Below the pieces are notes generated by a model. It was given only the letters and a program-made list of their open reading frames with translations, searched no databases and was not told the DNA's origin. A stretch of DNA of 32,691 nt from a virus (taxonomy: Duplodnaviria > Caudoviricetes). The stretch is from positions 1 to 32,691 of IMG/VR virus record IMGVR_UViG_3300048670_000442, one strand, 5' to 3'. The number at the start of each line of letters is the position of its first letter. Position 1 is the first letter of the stretch. The position numbers were made by a program, and so were the translations under genes. Shown here one piece after another: positions 1-10,100 of this stretch.

Positions 1-759
1 ATTAAAAATTTAGTCCAAGACATTGGCTCTAGCATTGAAAGCGGAATTGTTGGCGCTATTGATGGTGCCATAACCGGAGCCAAGAGTTTGCAAGAAAGCT
101 TGTCTGATATATTAAAAGATATTGGCAGGATGCTTATATCGTTTGGCATTAAGTCATTGCTTGGCGGTATTGATATTGGTGGCACTAAGATCTTTGGCGG
201 CGGTAAAGCTGCTGGCGGCCCAGTAAGCAGCAATAGCACCTACATGGTCGGCGAGAAAGGCCCTGAGCTATTCGTGCCACGTAGCTCGGGCACTATTGTC
301 CCAGCGGATGCGACGGCAGCAGCAATGGCGCGGTATCAACGCCAAGGCGGTAGCGATAGTGAGCTGGATCCAGCGGCAGCAATGGCACGTTACCAACGCC
401 AAGATGGTAACTCTATCGCTATGGGCGGCATGGGCCGCAATGGATCTACTACTAATAATGCTAATAACACTATTAATAACGGATACAATACTAATGGCAA
501 TAACACCACTAATAATGGGTATGATACTGATGGCAATACAGTAAACAATATCCAAACCAGCCCATCACCAGTGCTAGCATTTAGCTTTGAAACTACACGC
601 TTCCTGGGGCAGGATTATGTCAGCACTGAACAGTTGCAAGCAGCAATGATCGCAACAGAGAAGAGGGCAGCAGCGGCTGGGGCTAAGGCTGGTGCTGCGC
701 AAGTTACCAGTAAGTTGCAGCAATCACCGGCCTATCGCAGACAGGTAGGTTTACGATGA
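1..759 (+). CDS. Tail tape measure protein, C-terminal part (5'-truncated by window edge)
   Basis: Frame is open from base 1 (IKNLVQDIGSSIESGIVGAIDG...). It contains the AAGGPV...YMVGEKGPELFVP...GTIVP motif typical of tape-measure C-termini and lies directly upstream of the tail-tip genes. Confidence 0.85.
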   Translation: MKNLVQDIGSSIESGIVGAIDGAITGAKSLQESLSDILKDIGRMLISFGIKSLLGGIDIGGTKIFGGGKAAGGPVSSNSTYMVGEKGPELFVPRSSGTIVPADATAAAMARYQRQGGSDSELDPAAAMARYQRQDGNSIAMGGMGRNGSTTNNANNTINNGYNTNGNNTTNNGYDTDGNTVNNIQTSPSPVLAFSFETTRFLGQDYVSTEQLQAAMIATEKRAAAAGAKAGAAQVTSKLQQSPAYRRQVGLR

Positions 760-1220
760 GCGTATTTGTAATTGGCAATTTTGTTACTTTTACTGATACC
801 GCAGGTGGTATTACAAGATGGCAGAACTTTTTTTCTGAAGGGCAGGTTACCTTTGCAGGTAACAAATATCAGCTATTGCCATTCAATTATCAAGGCGCAC
901 AAAAAACAAAAAGCGGCGATAACATCAGCAGTCAGCTTACGTTACCAGCCAATCCGATAACTTTGAACTGGGTACAAAGTGCAGTAAATACTGGCTGGCA
1001 GGTAAATGTGAAAACATATCAGCTCAGTGATACTTATGCGCCATATTTGCTGTTAGGTGATGAAACCTGGATTGCGACTGGATTAACGTATAATACACAA
1101 GCGGTCGAGATGGAATTAAGTAGTGCGATCGATGCAATTGGTGCGCAAGCGCCTAATTTACGAATCAGCCGTGAAGCCGTCGGCGCCTTGCCAACCACGG
1201 GCGCTATTAGGTCCGGCTGA
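756..1220 (+). CDS. Minor tail protein (lambda gpL/DUF1833-like position)
   Basis: ATGA overlap with the tape measure gene; 154 aa beta-rich ORF; position between tape measure and NlpC/P60 gene. Confidence 0.6.
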   Translation: MSVFVIGNFVTFTDTAGGITRWQNFFSEGQVTFAGNKYQLLPFNYQGAQKTKSGDNISSQLTLPANPITLNWVQSAVNTGWQVNVKTYQLSDTYAPYLLLGDETWIATGLTYNTQAVEMELSSAIDAIGAQAPNLRISREAVGALPTTGAIRSG

Positions 1221-1575
1221 TCTTATTGGCCTGCCATACAGGCTTGGTGCTGAGCCAGCACGTCATGGTGCTACAGACTGCATTAATTTATGCAGGTGGG
1301 TATTGGCGTGGCATGGCATTGAAGCACCAGTACCAGCCCGCAGTTGGTATCGGCGTTTACATGCAGGCGACACCTCCATATTCAAGGAGCAATTAGACTT
1401 ATGGGGAACACCAGCCGAAACTGGTATCATTGCGTTAGTGCAAGCTGTTGATAGCTTTGGACTAGCTGTTTTCTACGACACCGGATGGCTTCATTGCAGC
1501 GCACAAACCAACCGGGTGATATGGTCACCAGCCGTCAAATACGAGGCGCGATATTGCCATGGGAAAAGCAATTAA
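1171..1575 (+). CDS. NlpC/P60-like tail assembly protein (lambda gpK-like)
   Basis: DLIGLPYRLG...DCINLCRWV matches the NlpC/P60 N-terminal motif with its Cys. Start is uncertain (in-frame GTG at 1171 chosen; ORF opens at 1123). Confidence 0.7.
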   Translation: MKPSAPCQPRALLGPADLIGLPYRLGAEPARHGATDCINLCRWVLAWHGIEAPVPARSWYRRLHAGDTSIFKEQLDLWGTPAETGIIALVQAVDSFGLAVFYDTGWLHCSAQTNRVIWSPAVKYEARYCHGKSN

Positions 1576-4500
1576 TTGATACTTTAGGGTTGACGATTGA
1601 AGAATATAACTGGTACGCAAATGAGGTGGCTAATTACCGCCCCGAACGCGATCCAGCTTATGACGTAGTGCCGGATGTGCAATGCGTTCCTGTCGTGCCG
1701 TTGGTCATGACAGTTGTAGGGATGGGCATTAGTTTTGCCGCATCAGCAATGGCACCAAAGCCTAAGCTGCCACGTCAGACTGATCCAGCTCAACAACAGC
1801 AACAACAACAACAAGCGACACCTGTTAGCGTTACAGGCGCTAGCGTTAATGTTGAAAATAGATTCACCAATATTGATGGCTTTACCTCAGTACAACCGCT
1901 TGCGCGACTTGGCGAGTCGATGCAATTGGTATTTGCTAATCGTCGTAATAACTACGGTGGCGTAAGAGTAGAAACAAAATTGCTGTGGTCGCAATTATTA
2001 AGCCAAGGCAACGGCCAAGAACTGTTAGGCATATTCCTTGCTAATGGCGGTGAGTTGGCATCACAACCAGATTTTGACGGGATAGGGATTGGCGATAGCT
2101 TATTACGTGGCTATCAAGCCAGTAAACTAGCCGTGTATTTTAGGAATGGTAATTTAACTAACCGCATAAGTCTTGCCGATAAAAAAGAAGGTGGCCTAAA
2201 TCCACGTAACGCAAGCGATGTATTTTTAGCAGAATTAAGAAATTCCAACAACTTAAAACCTATATTTAGCGGCGTTAGAATACCATCTACTATGACTGTA
2301 TTTGGCATATCAGAGCCACTGCCAAGTGCGCAAGACTTCAGGTTACCATTTAAACGCATAACAGGTGGCAAGTTTGAAACCACAGGTAGCGCACAGGAAC
2401 GCGACAAAATTAATAGGCACTTTGCGTGTAGAACAGGTGTGCGTTTTGTGATAGGGGAAAACCCGCCCGCAGATCGAGAAAAAATAGACATAGAGGTTGC
2501 TCTTAAAGATGTTATTGAATTTCATATTTACGGGGATAACATCAGTGAAAATGAATATGGCGATATAGGCGCACAAGATATTAGAGGAAGAGAAGACAGT
2601 ATTCGGGAGTCGGCGGATAACGCTTTAGTGCAAGGTGAAACTTATCTTGTAGGCGGCGTTGAAACTGTATGCTTAGGCGCCGATAGTGAAGAACTATGGA
2701 ATCCAAGAAGCCATAAAATATATAGATTTGAAGCGCTCCAGTTAGGCAAAGTTCGCTTAGTTCATGAAGGTCTTATTATCCATTCACCTGATTATGAAGG
2801 GCAAACCTTTAGAGATCAAGGCAACCCGAAAAGTATTAATCCTAATTACGGCCCAAGTTTATGTAAATTAGCAATTGCACATTTTACTACAAGTAGAAAA
2901 TTAGATCAAGTAGAAATTGGCATTAAATCAAAAGTGTTTAAAAATTTCAATGGGATTACTAATTTTGCTAGCTTACCGCCAGAAGACGTAATTCAGAGAA
3001 TAGAGCAAAACGGGCCATACACCGCTGGAACTTACAGCGATTACGGTTTACGGTATTCGTTTTTTAGAGTAGAAATTAAAGAAAAAGGTGCTTTAGAATG
3101 GTATAGGTTGGAAAAAGGAAACGGCGGTGTATTTTGCGTTAGAGGTAAAATACCGGTAGATCAGTTTAATTTCATTCGCGTAGCATTTCCTGATAAGAAC
3201 AAACAGTATGAACTTAGATTCAGACCCATCGCAGGTGGTGCGTATCTAGCATATAACTGGCCTGCTGGTAATAGTGTTTGTGTGCTAGATTGCCGTACAG
3301 GGAAAGCTCAAGACTATGTTGTATCAACGCCAATAGGCTCATTTACTGTAGGTTTCAAAGGATACATTGAGCGTTTGGATAGAGCAGCAGGAACAAATAA
3401 AGTTATGATTAGAGGTGCATCTTCTCAAGGAGCAGTAAAAAACTTTACACCTATCACATGTAGAATAAATAGTATAATTAGTGAACCTTTAAGTTTTACA
3501 ACTACTACAAATGGTTCTGGCACTGGGCTTGTAGTAAGCGCTGTCACAAATAAACTCTTCCCCGCAAGCCCTGCTAGCACTGTAGTAAGTGGAATGCAGG
3601 CAAAATGGTTACACATGGGTATTATGGGAGCCCCAATTCCATCCTACGACGGACAAGAATATACTAAAGTGGTAAGATTTACCAAGGATAGGCATTATGT
3701 TGATGTGCAATTCACTTTACGCGCAAGAACATTTGCAGGGTACGCGCAAGATGTTGGAGGTAATGGTTATCAGGGTACAGGCTATGGCACTATCGACAAT
3801 AATGAAGGTTGGACACACCCTTTGTTATGGAGAAATTTAAATCGTTTCCCATCAGAAGCAGCAATTACTGTAATTGCTTTTGATGGCTTTGATGTAAATG
3901 ATGATGGTCAACCATACCTAGCTGCTGATGCAAGTGGTGTTTATAGTGTATCTATGCCAGGAGGCTTTGCAACACCAATTAACGGGATAGTAGAGTCAAA
4001 AATTAATGTTACATATATAGAAGAGCAAGTTTATGAAGGAACTATAAACATAGAAAGCGAAGGCTCTAATTACAAAATTGGCGATAAAATTACTATTAAT
4101 AATTTTCTTAATTTGCCACAACTTACAATTACTAGCGTAGCTTCTTCTGCCGAAAGCGTTTTTGAAGAATGGGATGCTGTATCTGATATATACTTGAATA
4201 CTGGACAATCGGGCAGCCACGAAAATGGCCCAGAGCACCAAATTGTTTATATTAATGAGCAACGCGAAAACATAAAACTTGACAAGCAACGCGATAGCAC
4301 AAACACCATAGATTACGCGCCCACATACAAGGACATGACATTACTAGGGTTGCAGTTACGCAATGGCAGGGAATGGAGCAGTTTTAATAATTTTAATTAT
4401 TACGCTAAAAAAGGCTGCAAAATACGAAAGATAATAAATGACGCCAATGGCAATACCTACGATGTAAATAGCACTGCAATTTCCGACGCATCAAACTTAT

Positions 4501-5507
4501 ATCCAGAAATCCTGTACCACCTTGTTGCTACATCTAACTTGATGCCTACGACCATGATTGACTGGGACGGCTTTGCAGAAGGCTGTAAGGTATGCCTAGC
4601 AAATAATTTCTACTGGGATGGCGTGTTATCAGCACCAGTTAATATTAGAGATTGGGGCCATGAAAATGCGCAATATTTCTTCTTGGATTTTATGGTGCTT
4701 GGCGGCAAGTTATCATTACAACCAACATTCCCAGTAGTCAAGGGATCAAGCTTAAGCGGCTATACTTTGGGCGGTGCGTATGATCGTAAGCCGGTAATAT
4801 CTGCATTATTTACTGATGGCAACATTATTGAAGATTCGCTTAGCGTAAATTGGTATCCTGCTGAACAACGTAAAGCGCCGCAAATATTAGTTACTATGCG
4901 TGATGAAGTGGAGAATGGGTTTGCCGAAACTCGCAACATCCTAGTTAAACGCAATGATCCAGGCAACCCCAATCCGCAAGTTGAAGCAGTAGATTTCACT
5001 GGTTTTTGTACTAGCGCAGATCACGCAATACAGTTTGCAAAATTATTAATTAACATGCGATACCATATCACGCATGTAATATCATTTAAAACGTTGCCAA
5101 ATGGTTTAGCTTTACAACCAGGGCAATATTTCCGGGTATCAAGCCAAGCAAGACATGTGGAGCAATTTCAGAATGGGTATGTATTGCAAGATGGCACTGT
5201 TGTATCTAGCAGCCCAATGACGGCTGGCACTTACACCGTATATTTCTGGCGTTCCAGCATGACGCAGGTAGAAGAACGGTCAATGGTGATCGGTGCCACT
5301 GGCAAGACCACGCCTGAATTTGCAAACAGTGTGTTTACGCAATACAGCTCTAGCACCAGCAACCGATTGTACAAGGCAGAGATGATCGCTTATGATGAAG
5401 AAGGAATGGTGGAGATAACTGGCAGTCACGTACCGCTTGAAACTGATGGCAGGATCACATATCTAAACATGAATGCAACTTTATTTGAAGTGCAAAACGA
5501 GCAATGA
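1521..5507 (+). CDS. Tail tip / central hub (host specificity, lambda gpJ-like) protein
   Basis: About 1330 aa following the gpK-like gene. The C-terminal part has a gpJ-like hub pattern (FYWDGVLS, LFTDGNIIEDS, GFCTSADHA, LALQPGQYFRV). Start is ATG 1485 or 1521. Confidence 0.75.
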   Translation: MVTSRQIRGAILPWEKQLIDTLGLTIEEYNWYANEVANYRPERDPAYDVVPDVQCVPVVPLVMTVVGMGISFAASAMAPKPKLPRQTDPAQQQQQQQQATPVSVTGASVNVENRFTNIDGFTSVQPLARLGESMQLVFANRRNNYGGVRVETKLLWSQLLSQGNGQELLGIFLANGGELASQPDFDGIGIGDSLLRGYQASKLAVYFRNGNLTNRISLADKKEGGLNPRNASDVFLAELRNSNNLKPIFSGVRIPSTMTVFGISEPLPSAQDFRLPFKRITGGKFETTGSAQERDKINRHFACRTGVRFVIGENPPADREKIDIEVALKDVIEFHIYGDNISENEYGDIGAQDIRGREDSIRESADNALVQGETYLVGGVETVCLGADSEELWNPRSHKIYRFEALQLGKVRLVHEGLIIHSPDYEGQTFRDQGNPKSINPNYGPSLCKLAIAHFTTSRKLDQVEIGIKSKVFKNFNGITNFASLPPEDVIQRIEQNGPYTAGTYSDYGLRYSFFRVEIKEKGALEWYRLEKGNGGVFCVRGKIPVDQFNFIRVAFPDKNKQYELRFRPIAGGAYLAYNWPAGNSVCVLDCRTGKAQDYVVSTPIGSFTVGFKGYIERLDRAAGTNKVMIRGASSQGAVKNFTPITCRINSIISEPLSFTTTTNGSGTGLVVSAVTNKLFPASPASTVVSGMQAKWLHMGIMGAPIPSYDGQEYTKVVRFTKDRHYVDVQFTLRARTFAGYAQDVGGNGYQGTGYGTIDNNEGWTHPLLWRNLNRFPSEAAITVIAFDGFDVNDDGQPYLAADASGVYSVSMPGGFATPINGIVESKINVTYIEEQVYEGTINIESEGSNYKIGDKITINNFLNLPQLTITSVASSAESVFEEWDAVSDIYLNTGQSGSHENGPEHQIVYINEQRENIKLDKQRDSTNTIDYAPTYKDMTLLGLQLRNGREWSSFNNFNYYAKKGCKIRKIINDANGNTYDVNSTAISDASNLYPEILYHLVATSNLMPTTMIDWDGFAEGCKVCLANNFYWDGVLSAPVNIRDWGHENAQYFFLDFMVLGGKLSLQPTFPVVKGSSLSGYTLGGAYDRKPVISALFTDGNIIEDSLSVNWYPAEQRKAPQILVTMRDEVENGFAETRNILVKRNDPGNPNPQVEAVDFTGFCTSADHAIQFAKLLINMRYHITHVISFKTLPNGLALQPGQYFRVSSQARHVEQFQNGYVLQDGTVVSSSPMTAGTYTVYFWRSSMTQVEERSMVIGATGKTTPEFANSVFTQYSSSTSNRLYKAEMIAYDEEGMVEITGSHVPLETDGRITYLNMNATLFEVQNEQ

Positions 5508-5926
5508 CCATCGGCCCTAATTTCCCTGATCTTGTGCCTACCGCACGGTCGATGTCACCTGGCGATTTTGCAAGTAAGGTGTTTCGTTCGCAAAGCGGAA
5601 TTGAAGCACGGGTGCAATATGGCAATAAAGCATTTAATAAAACGTTAGATTTGGAATACAGCAATATCAACGAAACTGATGCTGCTGCTATTCATGACCA
5701 CTACCAAAACTGTAAAGGTACGTTGTACATTTTTGGTTTACCATCGAATCCAAAAAAAGGCAATCCTGTGTTTGACGAGGGTGCAACGGCTAGCAGCACC
5801 AGCAATAGATATAGCGCTGCGCCGTTTGGGCTACACTACCGTTATGCGGAACCACCACAATTCACTAGCGTCAAGCAAGGTCGCATGTCTGTTACAATAA
5901 AGCTAATTGGCGTACTTGACTCATGA
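5504..5926 (+). CDS. Distal/minor tail protein (gpM/Dit-like)
   Basis: ATGA-coupled to the tip gene; 140 aa; the pattern SQSGIEARVQYG...LDLEYSNI...YRYAEPP resembles minor tail proteins. Confidence 0.6.
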   Translation: MTIGPNFPDLVPTARSMSPGDFASKVFRSQSGIEARVQYGNKAFNKTLDLEYSNINETDAAAIHDHYQNCKGTLYIFGLPSNPKKGNPVFDEGATASSTSNRYSAAPFGLHYRYAEPPQFTSVKQGRMSVTIKLIGVLDS

Positions 5927-6318
5927 GTTACTACAGCGGCAAGGACGGGATCCTCACCTATAACGGCACTCAAGTAGCTAAAGTTAGCACCTGGAGCGTA
6001 TCAAGTACAGTAGAAACGCTTGATGTTACTGATCTTTCCCTTGGTGACCGCGCTTATGTGCCAGGTTTTCGTAGTATCACTGGCAGTGCAACAATTTTTT
6101 ATTACGACGAAGCGGCAGTTCCGCTGCTAGGACGCATTATAAAAACTGCTTCAGTAGGCGAATCAGATATACTCGCCATTAAGCTTGGATGGGGAAGCAA
6201 GTTCATCCAAGGCAATTGCATCATTACCAGCGGTGAGCTTAGCTGCGCAGTTGGCGAGATAATGCAAGCAACAATACAATTCCAATTTACGGGAGCCCCA
6301 ACTAGCGTTGGTTTATAA
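5923..6318 (+). CDS. Tail-tube-fold structural protein
   Basis: YSGKDG...VAKVSTWSVSSTVETLDVT...RAYVPGFRSITGSATIFY...IQFQFTG is a tail tube-like sequence pattern. Confidence 0.65.
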   Translation: MSYYSGKDGILTYNGTQVAKVSTWSVSSTVETLDVTDLSLGDRAYVPGFRSITGSATIFYYDEAAVPLLGRIIKTASVGESDILAIKLGWGSKFIQGNCIITSGELSCAVGEIMQATIQFQFTGAPTSVGL

Positions 6319-7175
6319 TGACAGTTTTTCTCGGTAATGCAGGTAATATAGAACTTACCAGAGATAGCGGTGATGTAATTGCAGGAACTATAGCGCCTGC
6401 AAATATTAATACTGATCTAAACATGTTTAGCTTTGATTTTAGTTTTGGTGCATTTGTAACAGGTGATTTTGTAGAATTTAGTAGTGCATCAACATTATCT
6501 TTTGTATCTGGCTATACCGACACAAAAGGCAATTGGTTCGTCAATGTAGACCAACTTGGCGGGTTGCGGTTATATCCCACATATTCCGATGCTGTTGCAG
6601 GCACTTCAAATAATAGAGTTGCATTGGCAACACCTGGTACCGCCATTGCTGTTAACTGCAAAATCCTTAATTCAGTGCCAAGAGTACTAGGACAAGTTGT
6701 TAAATTTGAGTTATCAACTGATCGTGAAGCCGTTGATACAACAGGATTAGGCGATGAATTTAGGATTCAATACAGCACTCTGATCACAGGATCAGGCAGT
6801 ATTGAGTGTATTTTTGATTATGCAGCCGCAGGCCAGACTGAAATTGCAGTGTATCTGCATAATCTATTATTGCGCCAAAAGTTTGGCAGCGATTTTAAGG
6901 CTAATCTTTATATCTTAACTGAAGGGCAAGCACACGGCGTTAACGCTGGAAATGATTCGGTATGGTATGAGATTAGTGGCGTGATGACGCAGGCAGCAAT
7001 TAGTTGCGCAGCGGATGACATAATTAGTAGTACATTTACGTTTGTTACTACTGGTGAAATTAAATTGAGAGTGCAAACTACCACCTGGGGCGACTTGGTT
7101 CTTAACTCTGCGGGTGATAGAATGGTACTAAGCACCGCCGATGCGGACATCCTAGAGCTTGGAGAAGAACTGTAA
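6318..7175 (+). CDS. Structural protein with tail-tube-like C-terminal domain
   Basis: LGQVVKFELSTDREAVDTTGLGDEFR...LITGSGSIECIFD...FTFVTTG parallels the preceding gene; TAATG coupling on both sides. Confidence 0.6.
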   Translation: MTVFLGNAGNIELTRDSGDVIAGTIAPANINTDLNMFSFDFSFGAFVTGDFVEFSSASTLSFVSGYTDTKGNWFVNVDQLGGLRLYPTYSDAVAGTSNNRVALATPGTAIAVNCKILNSVPRVLGQVVKFELSTDREAVDTTGLGDEFRIQYSTLITGSGSIECIFDYAAAGQTEIAVYLHNLLLRQKFGSDFKANLYILTEGQAHGVNAGNDSVWYEISGVMTQAAISCAADDIISSTFTFVTTGEIKLRVQTTTWGDLVLNSAGDRMVLSTADADILELGEEL

Positions 7176-10100
7176 TGGCTAACCAGCGGATAGATCAGCT
7201 AAACGCTGAGACGACGCCAGCAGCAGCAGATGTGTTGCCTATATATTCCATTTCGGGAAGTGACACCAAGAAAATTACAGTTAAAAATTTAGTGCAACGA
7301 GGCGCTGCGTTAGTAGATGATGCGTCTATACCAGTAGCCAAGGTAAACCTAAGCGGCATCAGCGGCACCAACATTACTGCTGGCACAATCACTGCTGCCA
7401 AACTCGACACCAGCACAATCCCAGCTACAGGTGGTGTAACGGTTAGTAGCAGCAATCTGCAACTGGTAGCACCTACCAGCCCAATCGTCAGGAATGCTGG
7501 CACTGGATCGCTTGAACACGCAACAAGCGGTGCAACTGCTGGCACTTATACCAAGGTAACAGTTGATGCTAAGGGGCATGTAACATCAGGCACAACTTTA
7601 GTTGATGCAGATATACCTAGCCCTACCACTACGGCTGGCACGTTTACCAAGCTTACGATTGATACAAAAGGCCGCGTAACGGTAGGCGCAAATTTAGCAG
7701 CAGCAGATGTACCATTTGCCGATACAGGAGTTACGGCTGGAACTTATACAAAAGTTACAGTTGATGCAAAAGGCCGTGTTACATCAGGGACAACATTAGT
7801 TGATGCTGATGTACCAGCACTGGCTAACAGTGGTGTTGCGGCTGGGACATATACAAAAGTTACGGTTGATACCAAGGGCCGTGTTACAGGCGGCACAACA
7901 CTAACTGATGCTGATGTACCAGCACTGGCTAACAGTGGTGTTGCGGCTGGGACTTATACAAAATTAACAGTTGATGCTAAGGGTAGAGCGACAGCAGGCA
8001 CCACGCTAGCAGCGGCTGATTTACCAGTTGCCACATCATCTACTGTTGGTGGTGTATCAATTCCAGCAGCAGGCGGTCTTGCACTTACCGGCGGTGGTGC
8101 ATTAAGCCACAGCAATGCAGTTGCAGGTGGTGCTAGCACTCGCAGCGGTATTACTTACGACCTGCAAGGTCATATCGTTAGCACGGTTGCAATAGTTGCT
8201 TCAGATTTACCAGCAGCTACTACCAGCGCAAAAGGTGCTGTTATTGCTGGCACTGGCTTGGCTGTTGATGTCAATGGCATTCTGTCTACTGGTGTTGCTA
8301 CAACTAGCGATTTAGGCGGTGTCAAGATTGGCAGTGAGTTTGGTTTAAACGGCAGCAACCAATTGCTGTTGGCGACACAAGCAAACGTTGCAGGCGGTAC
8401 TGCATATCCGAAAGTAACAGTTAATAGCAAAGGTGTTGTTACCGCAGGTGCAATATTAGACGCGACCGATATCCCAAATCTTGCAGCAACAAAAATCACA
8501 AGCGGCAGTTTAGATATTGCGCGTATTGCTGCTAATACAATCACAGGCGCTAAGATAGCAAATTACGCTATCACCAAGATTGGTGATACACAACCAACTG
8601 CTGATCATATTGGCCAGTTCTTTTTTAACCCTCTCAGCCGTGACTTGTTCCTTTTCGATGGGAACGTATATCAGCCGATTGGTATTTCAGTTGGTGAGAT
8701 TGTATTTGCCGGTACATTTGACGCAAGCGCTGGCGGCGGTGCAGGGCATGTAGCATCAGTTACAGCAGAAGGCACTGCTATTGGTTTGGTAGAAGGTTCG
8801 CCGTTACCTGCGGCTGCTACTGCTAACAACCGCTATTACCTAGTTGTAAGTGAAGGCGGCACCATCACTAGCGGTAATGCGCCAAACGTTGCCTTAGCGC
8901 CTCCTGATATTGTGCTATCGACTGGCATTGAATGGACAGAAGTTGACGTATCGCAGACATTTACCAGCGTTAGTGCGTCACAAGTTGCATTTACACCAGA
9001 AGGCACGATCGCAGCTAGTAACGTACAAGCAGCAATTGAAGAAGTAAATAACGAAAAGCTAGGACTTGCGGGTGGCACGATTACCGGCACCTTAGAAATT
9101 GGTACTACCGGCGGTTTAAGCTTTGAAGGCTCCACAGCAAACTCTTTTGAAACTTCTATTACGGCGGTAGATCCAACGGCTGATCGGACAATTACGTTCC
9201 CTAATATTTCCGGCACGGTAATAACTACGGGAGATACGGGCACTGTTACTAGCGCAATGTTGCTTGATGGCACTATTGTTGATGCCGACATTAGTGCAAC
9301 TGCTGAAATCTCAGTTAGCAAATTAGCCGATGGCGCTGCTAGACAATTACTACAAACTGATGCTGCGGGTACTGGCGTTGAATGGGCTAGCAATATTGAT
9401 ATACCTGGCACGTTAGATGTTACTAGTGCAGCAACATTTGATAGCACTGTTGCTGTAACCGGGGCGCTAACCAAAAGCGGCAGCAATGTCGTCACTGTTG
9501 GCGATACCGGCACGGTCACTAGCGCAATGCTGCTTGATGGCACCATTGTTAATGCGGATATAAACGCATCTGCTGCTATTGCTTATAGCAAATTAGCTGC
9601 ATTAACAAGCGCCAATATTATTGTAGGCAGCAGCGCAAACGTTGCAACTAGCACTGCTGTTACAGGCGATGTAACTATAGACAATACAGGCGTTACCTCC
9701 ATCGCTTCTGGCGTAATTGTTGACGCAGATATAAACGCATCTGCTGCCATTGTTGATACTAAACTTGCAACTATCGCCACTGCTGGCAAGGTTAGCAATA
9801 GCGCCACTACTGCCACAAACGCTAATACTGCTAGCGCTATTGTTGCAAGGGATGCGTCGGGCAATTTTACAGCGGGCACTATTACGGCAGCACTAACAGG
9901 TACAGCATCCGGCAACTTAGTGAGCGGTGGGGCGTTAGGCACACCATCTAGCGGCACTCTTACAAACTGCACTTTCCCAACACTTAACCAAAGCACTACT
10001 GGTAATGCGTCAACTGCAACAACATTAGCTACAGCTCGCACCATTCAAGGCGTAAGTTTTGATGGTAGCGCAAACATTACAGTCGCCACCGCTGGCAGTG

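Noticed and set aside
7195-10044. Several long minus-strand ORFs (up to 236 aa) inside the fibre gene
   Set aside because: They are antisense shadows of an Ala/Gly/Thr/Val-rich gene with few reverse stops and have no protein motifs.
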